Below are positions 1-6,887 of a stretch of DNA of 14,156 nt, piece after piece; the stretch's first letter is position 1; each line of letters begins with the position of its first letter. The position numbers and the translations under genes are program-made. The notes beneath the pieces were generated by a model, which made no database searches, was not told where the DNA came from, and was given only the letters and a program-made list of their open reading frames with translations. This DNA comes from a virus. Taxonomy: Duplodnaviria > Heunggongvirae > Uroviricota > Caudoviricetes. The DNA lies in IMG/VR virus record IMGVR_UViG_3300011960_000019. The stretch is one strand, 5' to 3'.

Positions 1-1
1 C

Positions 2-1897
2 GCACTGGAGGGGAATGTTCAGGGCGCAATGCCAGGCATTCAGATGTACGAAGCCTATAACAATGGCTATCCGACAAGCTACGGCAACATCCTGTATATG
101 AAAGGCGCACAAGCAAGTGGTGAGGGCGAGCTGCTTGTTGGCTGGAGTGGGTCAGATGGCGCTCATGCGCCGGTTTATATTCGTTCTCGCCGTGATACAG
201 TGGGAGCGAACTGGTCTGGTTGGGCACAGGTTTACACCACAGCACACAAGCCTACAGCCCGAGATGTCGGCGCAATGTCCACTACTACGCTTTCATTTAA
301 CGGCGGGGCTGGTTGGTTCAAAATTGCTACTGTAACCATGCCGCAAAGTACCTGTGTGGTGATGATTCGTATGATTGGAGGGGCTGGTTACAACACCGGA
401 ACCTTTGATCAGGCGACAATCAGTGAGCTGGTTCTGCGTGCGGGGAACAACTCGCCTAAAGGGATAACGGCTGTAGTCTGGCGTCGTTCAACGCAGGGGA
501 TTAACGGAGCTGCGTGGATTAATACGTCAGGTGACTCCTACGATATTTACGTCAACCTGCCTAACTACGCAACAACACTGAATATTCAGTGGGACTACAC
601 CAGCAATGCCGGTGTAAGAATTCATAGTGCGCCAGCATATTCGGCGGCTCAGCCTGAAGGGGCGACGATTGCTCAGGTTCACAATCTCTACAGTACTTTG
701 ATAAAGCCGACACCCACGGAAATTGGAGCGTTGCCACTATCTGGCGGAACAATGACTGGTGTGCTGACGCTGCAAAATGTCAGTCAGCCTCTCAAGACGC
801 CAGGTGGAGGTATTCTGGCAAATGACGGAAATTTATACATCAATAAGTCGGGATTTACAGGCTGGATTGATGCGCTATTTATGAAAAACAGCGGCGGTAC
901 AATGTCCGGGCCGCTTAAGATTCGCGCTACGGATGGGTTGCGCATTTACGATGCGGCATACGGAATGATTTTTCGCCGTTCTGAAAATAATTTTTACCTT
1001 ATCCCGACAGCAAAAGACCAGGGGGAAAATGGTGCTATAGGTTCACTTCGTCCATTTTATTTAGATCTCACTAATGGCAGAGTAACAATGGGTAATGGTG
1101 CTGTCATTAACGGTGGTCTTGGGCTGGGTGTGGTCAATGGTCTTGGCGGTAATTCCATTGTTCTGGGTGACAATGACACCGGCTTTAAACAGAACGGAGA
1201 CGGCATTCTGGATGTTTACGCCAATAGTGCTCATGTTTTTCGGTTCGTTAATGGCACGCTGCAAAGCCTTAAGCCTTTGAGTGTATCGGGGGATATCACG
1301 TCAAGTGCGTGGGTCTACGCCAACCGTTTTTCCATCAACAGCAGTTCTGGCTCATGGATCGATATGCGTAACCAGAACGTAATCTTCGGGAGGAACGCTG
1401 TAAGCACAAGCTCTGCACAAGCATTGTTGAGACAAGACCATGCGGACCGCAAATTCTTCGTTGGCGGCTTGGGAAACAGTCAGTTTGGTTTTTACATGAT
1501 CAACAACTCACGTACCGCAAACGGCACGGATGCCCAGGCATACCTCCAGAATGATGGTACTTGGGTTTGTGGCGGTAATGGAAGCTTTAATGATGTGTAC
1601 ATTCGTTCTGACCGTCGTAGCAAACGCAATATTAGACGAATTGAGCGTGCGCTGGACAAGCTGGATCGGATCGAAGGTGTTCTGTACGAGATTCAGGTTT
1701 GTGGCCGTTATGAGCAGTCTGGTGGTCTCATCGCTCAGGACGTCCAGAATGTTCAGCCTGAACTGGTAACGGTTGACCAAAACGATCAGTCCGGAGAGCC
1801 TCGTCTGCGTCTGAACTACAACGGCGTTATCGGTATGCTGGTTGAGGCCGTCAAGGAGCTGCGCGAGGAAGTGCGTGAACTGAAGGCGAGAATGTAA
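2..1897 (+). CDS. Long tail fibre protein, 5'-truncated by the window; C-terminal T-even gp37-like region and Peptidase_S74 intramolecular chaperone
   Basis: The frame is open from base 2 (ALEGNVQGA before the ATG at 29). It has fibre linker motifs HKPTARDVGA and KPTPTEIGALP, two GGTM(T/S)G motifs, DNDTGFKQNGDGILDVYAN typical of gp37/Stf fibres, and RSDRRSKRNI...GGLIAQDVQ...LNYNGVIGMLVEAVKEL (S74 chaperone with terminal coiled coil). Confidence 0.93.
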   Translation, partial: ALEGNVQGAMPGIQMYEAYNNGYPTSYGNILYMKGAQASGEGELLVGWSGSDGAHAPVYIRSRRDTVGANWSGWAQVYTTAHKPTARDVGAMSTTTLSFNGGAGWFKIATVTMPQSTCVVMIRMIGGAGYNTGTFDQATISELVLRAGNNSPKGITAVVWRRSTQGINGAAWINTSGDSYDIYVNLPNYATTLNIQWDYTSNAGVRIHSAPAYSAAQPEGATIAQVHNLYSTLIKPTPTEIGALPLSGGTMTGVLTLQNVSQPLKTPGGGILANDGNLYINKSGFTGWIDALFMKNSGGTMSGPLKIRATDGLRIYDAAYGMIFRRSENNFYLIPTAKDQGENGAIGSLRPFYLDLTNGRVTMGNGAVINGGLGLGVVNGLGGNSIVLGDNDTGFKQNGDGILDVYANSAHVFRFVNGTLQSLKPLSVSGDITSSAWVYANRFSINSSSGSWIDMRNQNVIFGRNAVSTSSAQALLRQDHADRKFFVGGLGNSQFGFYMINNSRTANGTDAQAYLQNDGTWVCGGNGSFNDVYIRSDRRSKRNIRRIERALDKLDRIEGVLYEIQVCGRYEQSGGLIAQDVQNVQPELVTVDQNDQSGEPRLRLNYNGVIGMLVEAVKELREEVRELKARM

Positions 1898-1904
1898 TCA
1901 AGGC

Positions 1905-1929
1905 GATTGGTGGGGCTTCCCCACCAATC
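1905..1929 (+). terminator. Hairpin between the fibre and adhesin genes (possible terminator or processing signal)
   Basis: GATTGGTGGGG-CTT-CCCCACCAATC is an 11-bp perfect stem, followed by ATCTATTTTC (imperfect U tract). Confidence 0.6.
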
Positions 1930-1961
1930 ATCTATTTTCACATCGAATAAGGAGATTAGGT

Positions 1962-2750
1962 GTGCCAATTGTCGGTGTTCCCGGTTGGATTGGGTCTTCG
2001 GCTGTTAGTGTTACCGGCCAGAGATGGATGAGCGCGGCTCGAACTGCGGTGCAATTGTCTGCTGCTGGGAATATGTCTCAGTTAGCAGGTCGTTCTAAGG
2101 AAATTCATTACAGTATCGGTGCGAATCATAACTACAACAAAGACACACTGATCAACTATTTAAAATCCCAGGGGGCGACGCCAGTCGTTGTTACCATTAC
2201 AGGGGATCTGGTGTCGTCCAGCAGCGGCGTGCCATGTTTAGATTTCCCGAGTTCGCTTACCAACTCTTATATCAGCCTGGTAATCAACGCAGGTGTAACT
2301 GTCTATGGTCGTGGGGGTAATGGTGGCGTTAAAGGTGGCGGTGCTGCCGGTGGCACTGCTATTAACAACGGGATTGGGACTCGTTTAAGAATAACCAATA
2401 ACGGCGCTATTGCCGGTGGCGGTGGCGGTGGTGGCGGTAACTCAGCCGATGGTGGTATGGGTGGTGGCGGTCGCCCGTTTGGTGTTGCAAACACTACAAG
2501 GCCGCCAGCTTCAGGTTCGCGTGCGGCAACTTCTGGCACTTTAACCGCTGCCGGTATTGGCGCTCAATATTTAATCGGCACTACCGCTGTCCAATACACA
2601 TGCGGTAGTGGAGGTAATGTGGGGGCTGCTGGTGCGGCTGCTACTGGACGATTGGGGACAATGTACGGAGGGGGCGCGGCGGGTAAGGCTGTCACGGGGA
2701 ACGCGCCTACATGGACTAAAGTCGGTGCAATTTATGGTGCTCGTGTGTAA
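1962..2750 (+). CDS. Receptor-recognising tail fibre adhesin, T2/Ox2-type gp38 family
   Basis: GTG start with TAAGGAG RBS at 1948-1954. The N-terminus MPIVGVPGWIGSSAV...TGQRWMS, the glycine-rich motifs (YGRGGNGG, GAIAGGGGGGGG, GGGGRPFG) and the C-terminus APTWTKVGAIYGARV match the T2-type gp38 architecture. It follows an S74-bearing fibre. Confidence 0.92.
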   Translation: MPIVGVPGWIGSSAVSVTGQRWMSAARTAVQLSAAGNMSQLAGRSKEIHYSIGANHNYNKDTLINYLKSQGATPVVVTITGDLVSSSSGVPCLDFPSSLTNSYISLVINAGVTVYGRGGNGGVKGGGAAGGTAINNGIGTRLRITNNGAIAGGGGGGGGNSADGGMGGGGRPFGVANTTRPPASGSRAATSGTLTAAGIGAQYLIGTTAVQYTCGSGGNVGAAGAAATGRLGTMYGGGAAGKAVTGNAPTWTKVGAIYGARV

Positions 2751-2767
2751 GTACTTACCTACCATGC
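2743..2767 (+). promoter_or_regulatory. Operator-like repeated motif, copy 1
   Basis: GTGTGTAAGTACTTACCTACCATGC is 20/25 identical to 8190-8214 and lies just upstream of an extended -10 element. Confidence 0.55.
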
Positions 2768-2779
2768 AAGGGTGATTTG

Positions 2780-2788
2780 TGGTATAAA
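2780..2788 (+). promoter_or_regulatory. Putative extended -10 promoter for the lysis cassette
   Basis: TG-G-TATAAA, about 35 nt upstream of the ATG at 2825. Confidence 0.45.
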
Positions 2789-2824
2789 ACAGCCATCCCG
2801 ATTTGACGATTCATGGAGGAAATA

Positions 2825-3148
2825 ATGTCGAACGAGATGGCAGGCGTAACGCCAGAGCAGGTAGAGCGCATTGCCGCTATCGTTGCGCGTGAAGTTGTCG
2901 GCAAATTAGGTAAGGAGTTACGTGAGGAAATTGGCCAGGAGGTCAACGACCAGCTCAAAACCTACTTTGGCGATATGACGCCTTCGCAACACAGCATTCA
3001 GCACTCCAACCTGGACAAACTACTTAATCGGCTAGACGCCATCTCCAGCGGGTTCTTTGGCGGCATTATCTCAAAGATAACGTCGTTCCTGATTACCGCG
3101 CTGCTGCTGGGTCTGGCCGCTTATGGCGTGAAGAATGGACTGCAATAA
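2825..3148 (+). CDS. Small membrane protein, putative holin or lysis regulator (107 aa)
   Basis: The GGAGG RBS at 2815-2819 favours the ATG at 2825 over 2813. It has a soluble helical N-terminus and one C-terminal hydrophobic segment (FFGGIISKITSFLITALLLGLAAYGV), and is the first gene of the lysis cassette. Holin function is inferred from position. Confidence 0.55.
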   Translation: MSNEMAGVTPEQVERIAAIVAREVVGKLGKELREEIGQEVNDQLKTYFGDMTPSQHSIQHSNLDKLLNRLDAISSGFFGGIISKITSFLITALLLGLAAYGVKNGLQ

Positions 3149-3161
3149 CAGGAGATCAAGG

Positions 3162-3854
3162 ATGAAAACTCCGAGAGGCATTCGTAATAACAACCCTGGC
3201 AACCTCGACAAAGGTTCGCCGTGGCAGGGGTTAATTGACAACCCTGCCGAACCGCGTTTCTGCACGTTCAAAGATCCCGTATGGGGCATTCGAGCGCTGG
3301 CAGTAACGCTCATTACCTACCACGACAAGCGCCGCGCGAAGGATGGCTCCAGCATCGATACGATCCGCGAAGTCATCGAACGCTGGGCGCCTCCGCATGA
3401 AAACAACACCGTAGCTTACGTGAACGAGGTCTCTAAAGCCGTTGGCGTCACCCCGGACATGATTATCGATCTGCACGACTACGACACTCTGCGTCCGCTG
3501 GTGGAGGCAATTGTCCGTCATGAAAATGGCCGTGGCCCGCTCAAAACGCCGAATACCTGGTATGCGGCAGAAGTTATTGAGGAAGGTCTGCGTCGCGCTG
3601 GTGTCGTTAAGCCGGTGAAAACCGTGAAGGCTGTTCCTGTAACCAAAGAGACTGCCGGTGCGACCGTTACGGCGGGAATTGGTCTGGCACAGCTGGCCGA
3701 CGTCATGCCACAGATCTCTGCGGCAATGGACAAGGCGCAGGGACACATCACCAGTGGTGATACGGTTCGGATCATCTTCGGTATCGCGACCATTGTGGTG
3801 GCCGGCTTTATCGCCTGGTCACAGGTGCGAAAACACCAGAACGGGATGGTCTGA
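3162..3854 (+). CDS. Probable endolysin (RGIRNNNPGN family, often annotated as structural protein P5-like) with a hydrophobic C-terminal extension
   Basis: AGGAG RBS at 3150-3154 and start MKTPRGIRNNNPGNL. Lysozyme-like family motifs are present (WGIRAL, IERWAPPHENNT, AIVRHENG). It sits directly upstream of a spanin pair and has the C-terminal TM-like segment IIFGIATIVVAGFIAW. Confidence 0.7.
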   Translation: MKTPRGIRNNNPGNLDKGSPWQGLIDNPAEPRFCTFKDPVWGIRALAVTLITYHDKRRAKDGSSIDTIREVIERWAPPHENNTVAYVNEVSKAVGVTPDMIIDLHDYDTLRPLVEAIVRHENGRGPLKTPNTWYAAEVIEEGLRRAGVVKPVKTVKAVPVTKETAGATVTAGIGLAQLADVMPQISAAMDKAQGHITSGDTVRIIFGIATIVVAGFIAWSQVRKHQNGMV

Positions 3855-3855
3855 T

Positions 3856-4107
3856 ATGACCGGCAGCCTATTTTCAAAGCTGAAGTTTGCTCTGATGACT
3901 CTGGCTGCCGTTCTTTTCGTGCTTGTCGGTGCTTATACGATGGGAGGTCGTGCGGCCCGGCAAGCAATCGAAGAGAAGGCCAGACAGGAGGACAGGAAAA
4001 GGCTTCAAAGCACAGTGGACGTCAAAAATGAGACACTTAATGAAGTGCGGCGGAAAGATGCTTCTGCTGTTCATCGCGAGCTGCATGATAAGTGGCTGCG
4101 TGATTAA
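3856..4107 (+). CDS. i-spanin (Rz-like), 83 aa
   Basis: The ATG is 1 nt after the lysin stop. It has an N-terminal TM helix (FALMTLAAVLFVLVGAY) followed by a charged helical periplasmic region, and its 3' end overlaps a lipoprotein gene in another frame. Confidence 0.78.
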   Translation: MTGSLFSKLKFALMTLAAVLFVLVGAYTMGGRAARQAIEEKARQEDRKRLQSTVDVKNETLNEVRRKDASAVHRELHDKWLRD

Positions 4108-4255
4108 GACACAGACCGTGGGTGTACAATTCTGCGATGTCGCAAATCCTATCTATGTGAGTAGAGAGGATTTTATGACCGAGGAAACAGAGCGGCAGCT
4201 GCTTATCCACAATACGATAGGTGAAAGGTTGTGTAAGTGGGAGCACCGGAGCTGA
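4058..4255 (+). CDS. o-spanin lipoprotein (Rz1-like), about 65 aa
   Basis: Signal peptide MLLLFIASCMISG|C with a lipobox and two further Cys in the mature part. It overlaps the i-spanin 3' end. The start could alternatively be at 4040 or 4028. Confidence 0.75.
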   Translation: MLLLFIASCMISGCVIKTQTVGVQFCDVANPIYVSREDFMTEETERQLLIHNTIGERLCKWEHRS

Positions 4256-4360
4256 GTTGGTGATTTATGGGCGTCAGAAATTATGTGGCGCCTCCAATTT
4301 ACCTTATATCCTAAAGATGGCATCTTCACCCGTATACACGCTTCTTAACGCAACCTCATG

Positions 4361-4389
4361 TTGAACCATTTAGCAATTTGATGTAGATT
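4361..4389 (+). promoter_or_regulatory. Putative sigma70 promoter for the 4498-5615 cassette
   Basis: TTGAAC - 17 bp - TAGATT, with 4/6 matches to consensus in each box. Confidence 0.45.
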
Positions 4390-4497
4390 TATTAGGCATC
4401 CACGTAAGTGGGACACATACAAGCTACGCATACTCGTAGCCTTTAACCCCGGAAGGGGTGCCGCAATGACACTTGTGTTAACGGCTAAGGTGGACAC

Positions 4498-4881
4498 ATG
4501 CTGAACGAGAAACGTTCTATACAAACTATTCGCGATTGCACGAGTATTATCGAAACTCATGTGCTGCATCAGCACAAGCTCGAAGTACGTAAGCTCAATA
4601 ACGACGCTATTGAACCTGAAGACTCACGCTTCATCGTTACCTTCAAAGACGATGTCGAGCGCGCCGGTGCAAGTGTGAAACCGTTGGCTGAAGCAATTTA
4701 CCTGAATGGTCGTGTTCGTTTTGTAGTGAAGCCAGCCAAACAGTACCCTGAGCTGTCTCGTTTTATCGAGGCTTTTTCGGAGGTTATTGAACATTCTATT
4801 CGCCGCTTCTTGCGTAATCATGGTAGCATTGTCAGTACGGTTAAGGCTGATGACTCTGCTACAAGATGGCTCCTACACTAG
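4498..4881 (+). CDS. Hypothetical protein (127 aa), upstream partner of the GNAT-like gene
   Basis: TAAGGTGG RBS before the ATG. The stop overlaps the next gene by 16 nt. No recognisable motif. Confidence 0.75.
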   Translation: MLNEKRSIQTIRDCTSIIETHVLHQHKLEVRKLNNDAIEPEDSRFIVTFKDDVERAGASVKPLAEAIYLNGRVRFVVKPAKQYPELSRFIEAFSEVIEHSIRRFLRNHGSIVSTVKADDSATRWLLH

Positions 4882-5615
4882 ATACCGCATATTCAAAAGA
4901 TCTAAGCGAGTTTCCTCATCAAGGGGAGACTCGTGTTGCTCGTTTTGGCTTTCTCATCAACGAAGCCTCCCTCTATAAAATCTCAGAAATTGAAATCATC
5001 GAGCCAGAAGATGACATTTGTCTGTATGTCTCTATGGAGCGAGTAGGTGCGCACGACCAGAGCGACCTGAGTGAATTTATCTTAGATCGAGCTGATGAAG
5101 ATGCCCCTGAAGAAGAGATCATTAAAGAGGCGCTCCAGTCCGGACTTCTGGACGAAAGCAAAAACACGATCGCAGGCAGGATAGCTCTGCGTGAATATAG
5201 TTTTGTTGAAGACGGCAATCAGATCGAATGTTACCAGGTAGCAGGGGTCGAAACCGTCAGAGCGCTTCGTCAGCGAGGATTGTGTCACCGTACCTATCTT
5301 TTCCTTCTTCATTGGTACGAGCATTTGGTCTGCGACGATAAACAAACCATTCCTGGCGCTAAGATCTGGGCTGGCCCTCTCATGCGTACCGGCGATGTGC
5401 GTATATACAATGCCAAAACAGAAACGTTCGAGGACGTGCTAGGTGAATACGGCATGGGCAAGAACACGGGTTTTTTACCTTGGAATCGTGGGTTACTGCT
5501 CGATCCCGAACTCAGTTCATGGCTGCCTAACAAAGTTCAGGTCAATGTACAGAAGTTCATTGTTCTAATCATCTCTCGTTGCTCAAGAGCACCCGTCGGC
5601 CTATACATTAAATAA
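4866..5615 (+). CDS. Putative GNAT-fold acetyltransferase (249 aa)
   Basis: YQVAGVETVRALRQRGLCHRTY resembles GNAT strand 4 plus the (Q/R)xxGx(G/A) acetyl-CoA loop. It is followed by LVCDDKQTIPGAKIW, which resembles the SDxxQTxxGxxxW pattern of phage-type GNATs. The N-terminal half is acidic. The ORF is confident; the function is tentative. Confidence 0.55.
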   Translation: MAPTLDTAYSKDLSEFPHQGETRVARFGFLINEASLYKISEIEIIEPEDDICLYVSMERVGAHDQSDLSEFILDRADEDAPEEEIIKEALQSGLLDESKNTIAGRIALREYSFVEDGNQIECYQVAGVETVRALRQRGLCHRTYLFLLHWYEHLVCDDKQTIPGAKIWAGPLMRTGDVRIYNAKTETFEDVLGEYGMGKNTGFLPWNRGLLLDPELSSWLPNKVQVNVQKFIVLIISRCSRAPVGLYIK

Positions 5616-5622
5616 ACAGTCT

Positions 5623-5645
5623 GGCGGTTGTGTGCCGCCTTCTCG
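5623..5645 (+). terminator. Possible weak intrinsic terminator after the GNAT-like gene
   Basis: GGCGGT-TGTGT-GCCGCC hairpin followed by TTCTC. Confidence 0.4.
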
Positions 5646-5810
5646 CCAAAAGTTGTTTACCTCTTCTCATTCTTAATCTCAAGATCCTCTCTATCTCGAT
5701 AATACCTACCATTTCACCTTTACACCGCAGCCGTAGGCATTTAGGCTATATCGCATATAAGAAAACAAGTTGTTTCATACGACAATAATTCACGCAAAGG
5801 GAACTATTCA

Positions 5811-6476
5811 ATGACTAGGATCATTGTGGTTGGCGGCACGAAGGGTGGCCCGGGTAAATCGACCGTTGCCCAGCAAATAGCGGTTTGCCTGAAAGTTAAA
5901 AAGAAAAAGAAAACCCAAGTTACCGACATCGACATCCAGCGCACCACTACCAGCTGGTGCGAAGACCGTCGACAGAATGAAGATCTCGATCTCATTCCTT
6001 TCGCTTACGTTCAGGAAGACGTCGTTAAGCATCTCAAATCGCTTCAGGGGCGCTTCGATTATGTGGTTGTAGACGCAGGGGGCTTCGACTCCGAAATCCA
6101 GCGACAAGCTATGCTGATGGCTGATGTTATCGTCATACCGCTGCGCCCTAAACGCCGTGACCTGAAATCGCTGCGCGACATCGACCCGATTATCGACAAT
6201 GTACGCAATGTGAACGAGAAGGTGAAAATACGTGCCGTTATCAACCAGTGCCCGTCACTACCTTCCCAGGTGTCGCGTATTCTGGCCGCCAAAGAAATCG
6301 TTGAGACGTTTGGTATCGAAGCTGCACCGGTCAATTTGTACAACCGTAACGTCTACGATGATGCAGAAGAGGCTGGTCGTTCTATCTTTGAAATGACTGG
6401 CGCCGAACGCGACAAGAAAGCAGAAGCCGAGTTTGAACAGTTTGTTGATTATATCTTGAGTCTGGAGGAAGAGTAA
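5811..6476 (+). CDS. parA: ParA family partition ATPase (short type Ib, no N-terminal HTH)
   Basis: Deviant Walker A GGTKGGPGKST, DIDIQ (A'), and VVVDAGG (Walker B) in 221 aa. Confidence 0.93.
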   Translation: MTRIIVVGGTKGGPGKSTVAQQIAVCLKVKKKKKTQVTDIDIQRTTTSWCEDRRQNEDLDLIPFAYVQEDVVKHLKSLQGRFDYVVVDAGGFDSEIQRQAMLMADVIVIPLRPKRRDLKSLRDIDPIIDNVRNVNEKVKIRAVINQCPSLPSQVSRILAAKEIVETFGIEAAPVNLYNRNVYDDAEEAGRSIFEMTGAERDKKAEAEFEQFVDYILSLEEE

Positions 6477-6835
6477 TGTCCATGAAGATGGGAGACCTTG
6501 CTAAGCGCAAAGAACCGGATGCTCCGGCCAAAAACAGCACGCCATTGCGCCAACCAGTCAGACCACAGGGCCGCCCGACTCGTGGGAAAGAGAAAATAAA
6601 GAGCCGTACCATGTCGCTGGAGGACGAATACTTCGATCTGCTGGAGATGATGAAATTCATCCCTCGCTTTGAGAAGTTCACCCGTTCTGACGTGATTCGT
6701 GCAGCCATTTACCATCTGGCAGAGAAGTCGCCGCAGGAAATCGAGGACATTGTGAAACTGAATGAGGCGATCACCGCTGCTGATGTCACGATGCGCACTG
6801 ACGAAATCAAGCGCGAGTTGATGAAAAAAAACTAA
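6476..6835 (+). CDS. Putative centromere-binding partner of ParA (ribbon-helix-helix-like, type Ib)
   Basis: The ATG overlaps the parA stop (TAATG). A flexible basic N-terminus is followed by KSRTMSLEDEYFDLL...FTRSDVIRAAI, which fits the RHH strand-helix-helix pattern. Confidence 0.72.
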   Translation: MSMKMGDLAKRKEPDAPAKNSTPLRQPVRPQGRPTRGKEKIKSRTMSLEDEYFDLLEMMKFIPRFEKFTRSDVIRAAIYHLAEKSPQEIEDIVKLNEAITAADVTMRTDEIKRELMKKN

Positions 6836-6837
6836 TA

Positions 6838-6870
6838 ATGTGGGCTGAAGCAGCCCATGTTTTTTTATTT
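6838..6870 (+). terminator. Rho-independent terminator of the par operon
   Basis: TGGGCTG-AAG-CAGCCCA stem followed by TGTTTTTTTATTT. Confidence 0.8.
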
Positions 6871-6887
6871 AAATAGGAATGGTAATT

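Noticed and set aside
2303-2539. Proline-rich minus-strand ORF and the other antisense or nested ORFs in the track (for example 3231-3746, 8952-9137, 9764-10153, 10832-11305, 13479-13721)
   Set aside because: They are shadows of well-supported genes on the other strand or frame (poly-Pro mirrors poly-Gly codons) and have no RBS or recognisable motifs.
1-2750. Invertible tail-fibre shufflon or diversity-generating retroelement
   Set aside because: No invertase, reverse transcriptase, gix/hix-like crossover sites, inverted fibre fragments or template/variable repeat pair were seen in this window. They could lie outside it.
3658-4255. Long versions of the spanin ORFs (149 aa from 3658 and 110 aa from 3923)
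   Set aside because: The upstream extensions overlap the lysin and i-spanin and would bury the TM and lipoprotein signals. The shorter starts at 3856 and about 4058 fit spanin architecture.
4269-4300. Hairpin GGGCGTCA-N9-TGGCGCCT as the lysis-cassette terminator
   Set aside because: It needs several G-U pairs and has no convincing U-tract, so it is too weak to call.
4256-4497. Intergenic region as a type III antitoxin array, retron ncRNA, CRISPR array or tRNA
   Set aside because: There are no tandem direct repeats, no reverse transcriptase or cas genes, and no cloverleaf. A 7-codon ORF (MLNHLAI, 4358-4381) lacks a clear RBS.
4866-5615. Canonical TacAT/AtaRT-type GNAT TA or ABC ATPase annotation
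   Set aside because: The upstream gene does not resemble a DUF1778 RHH antitoxin, the size is atypical, and there are no Walker A/B or ABC signature motifs.
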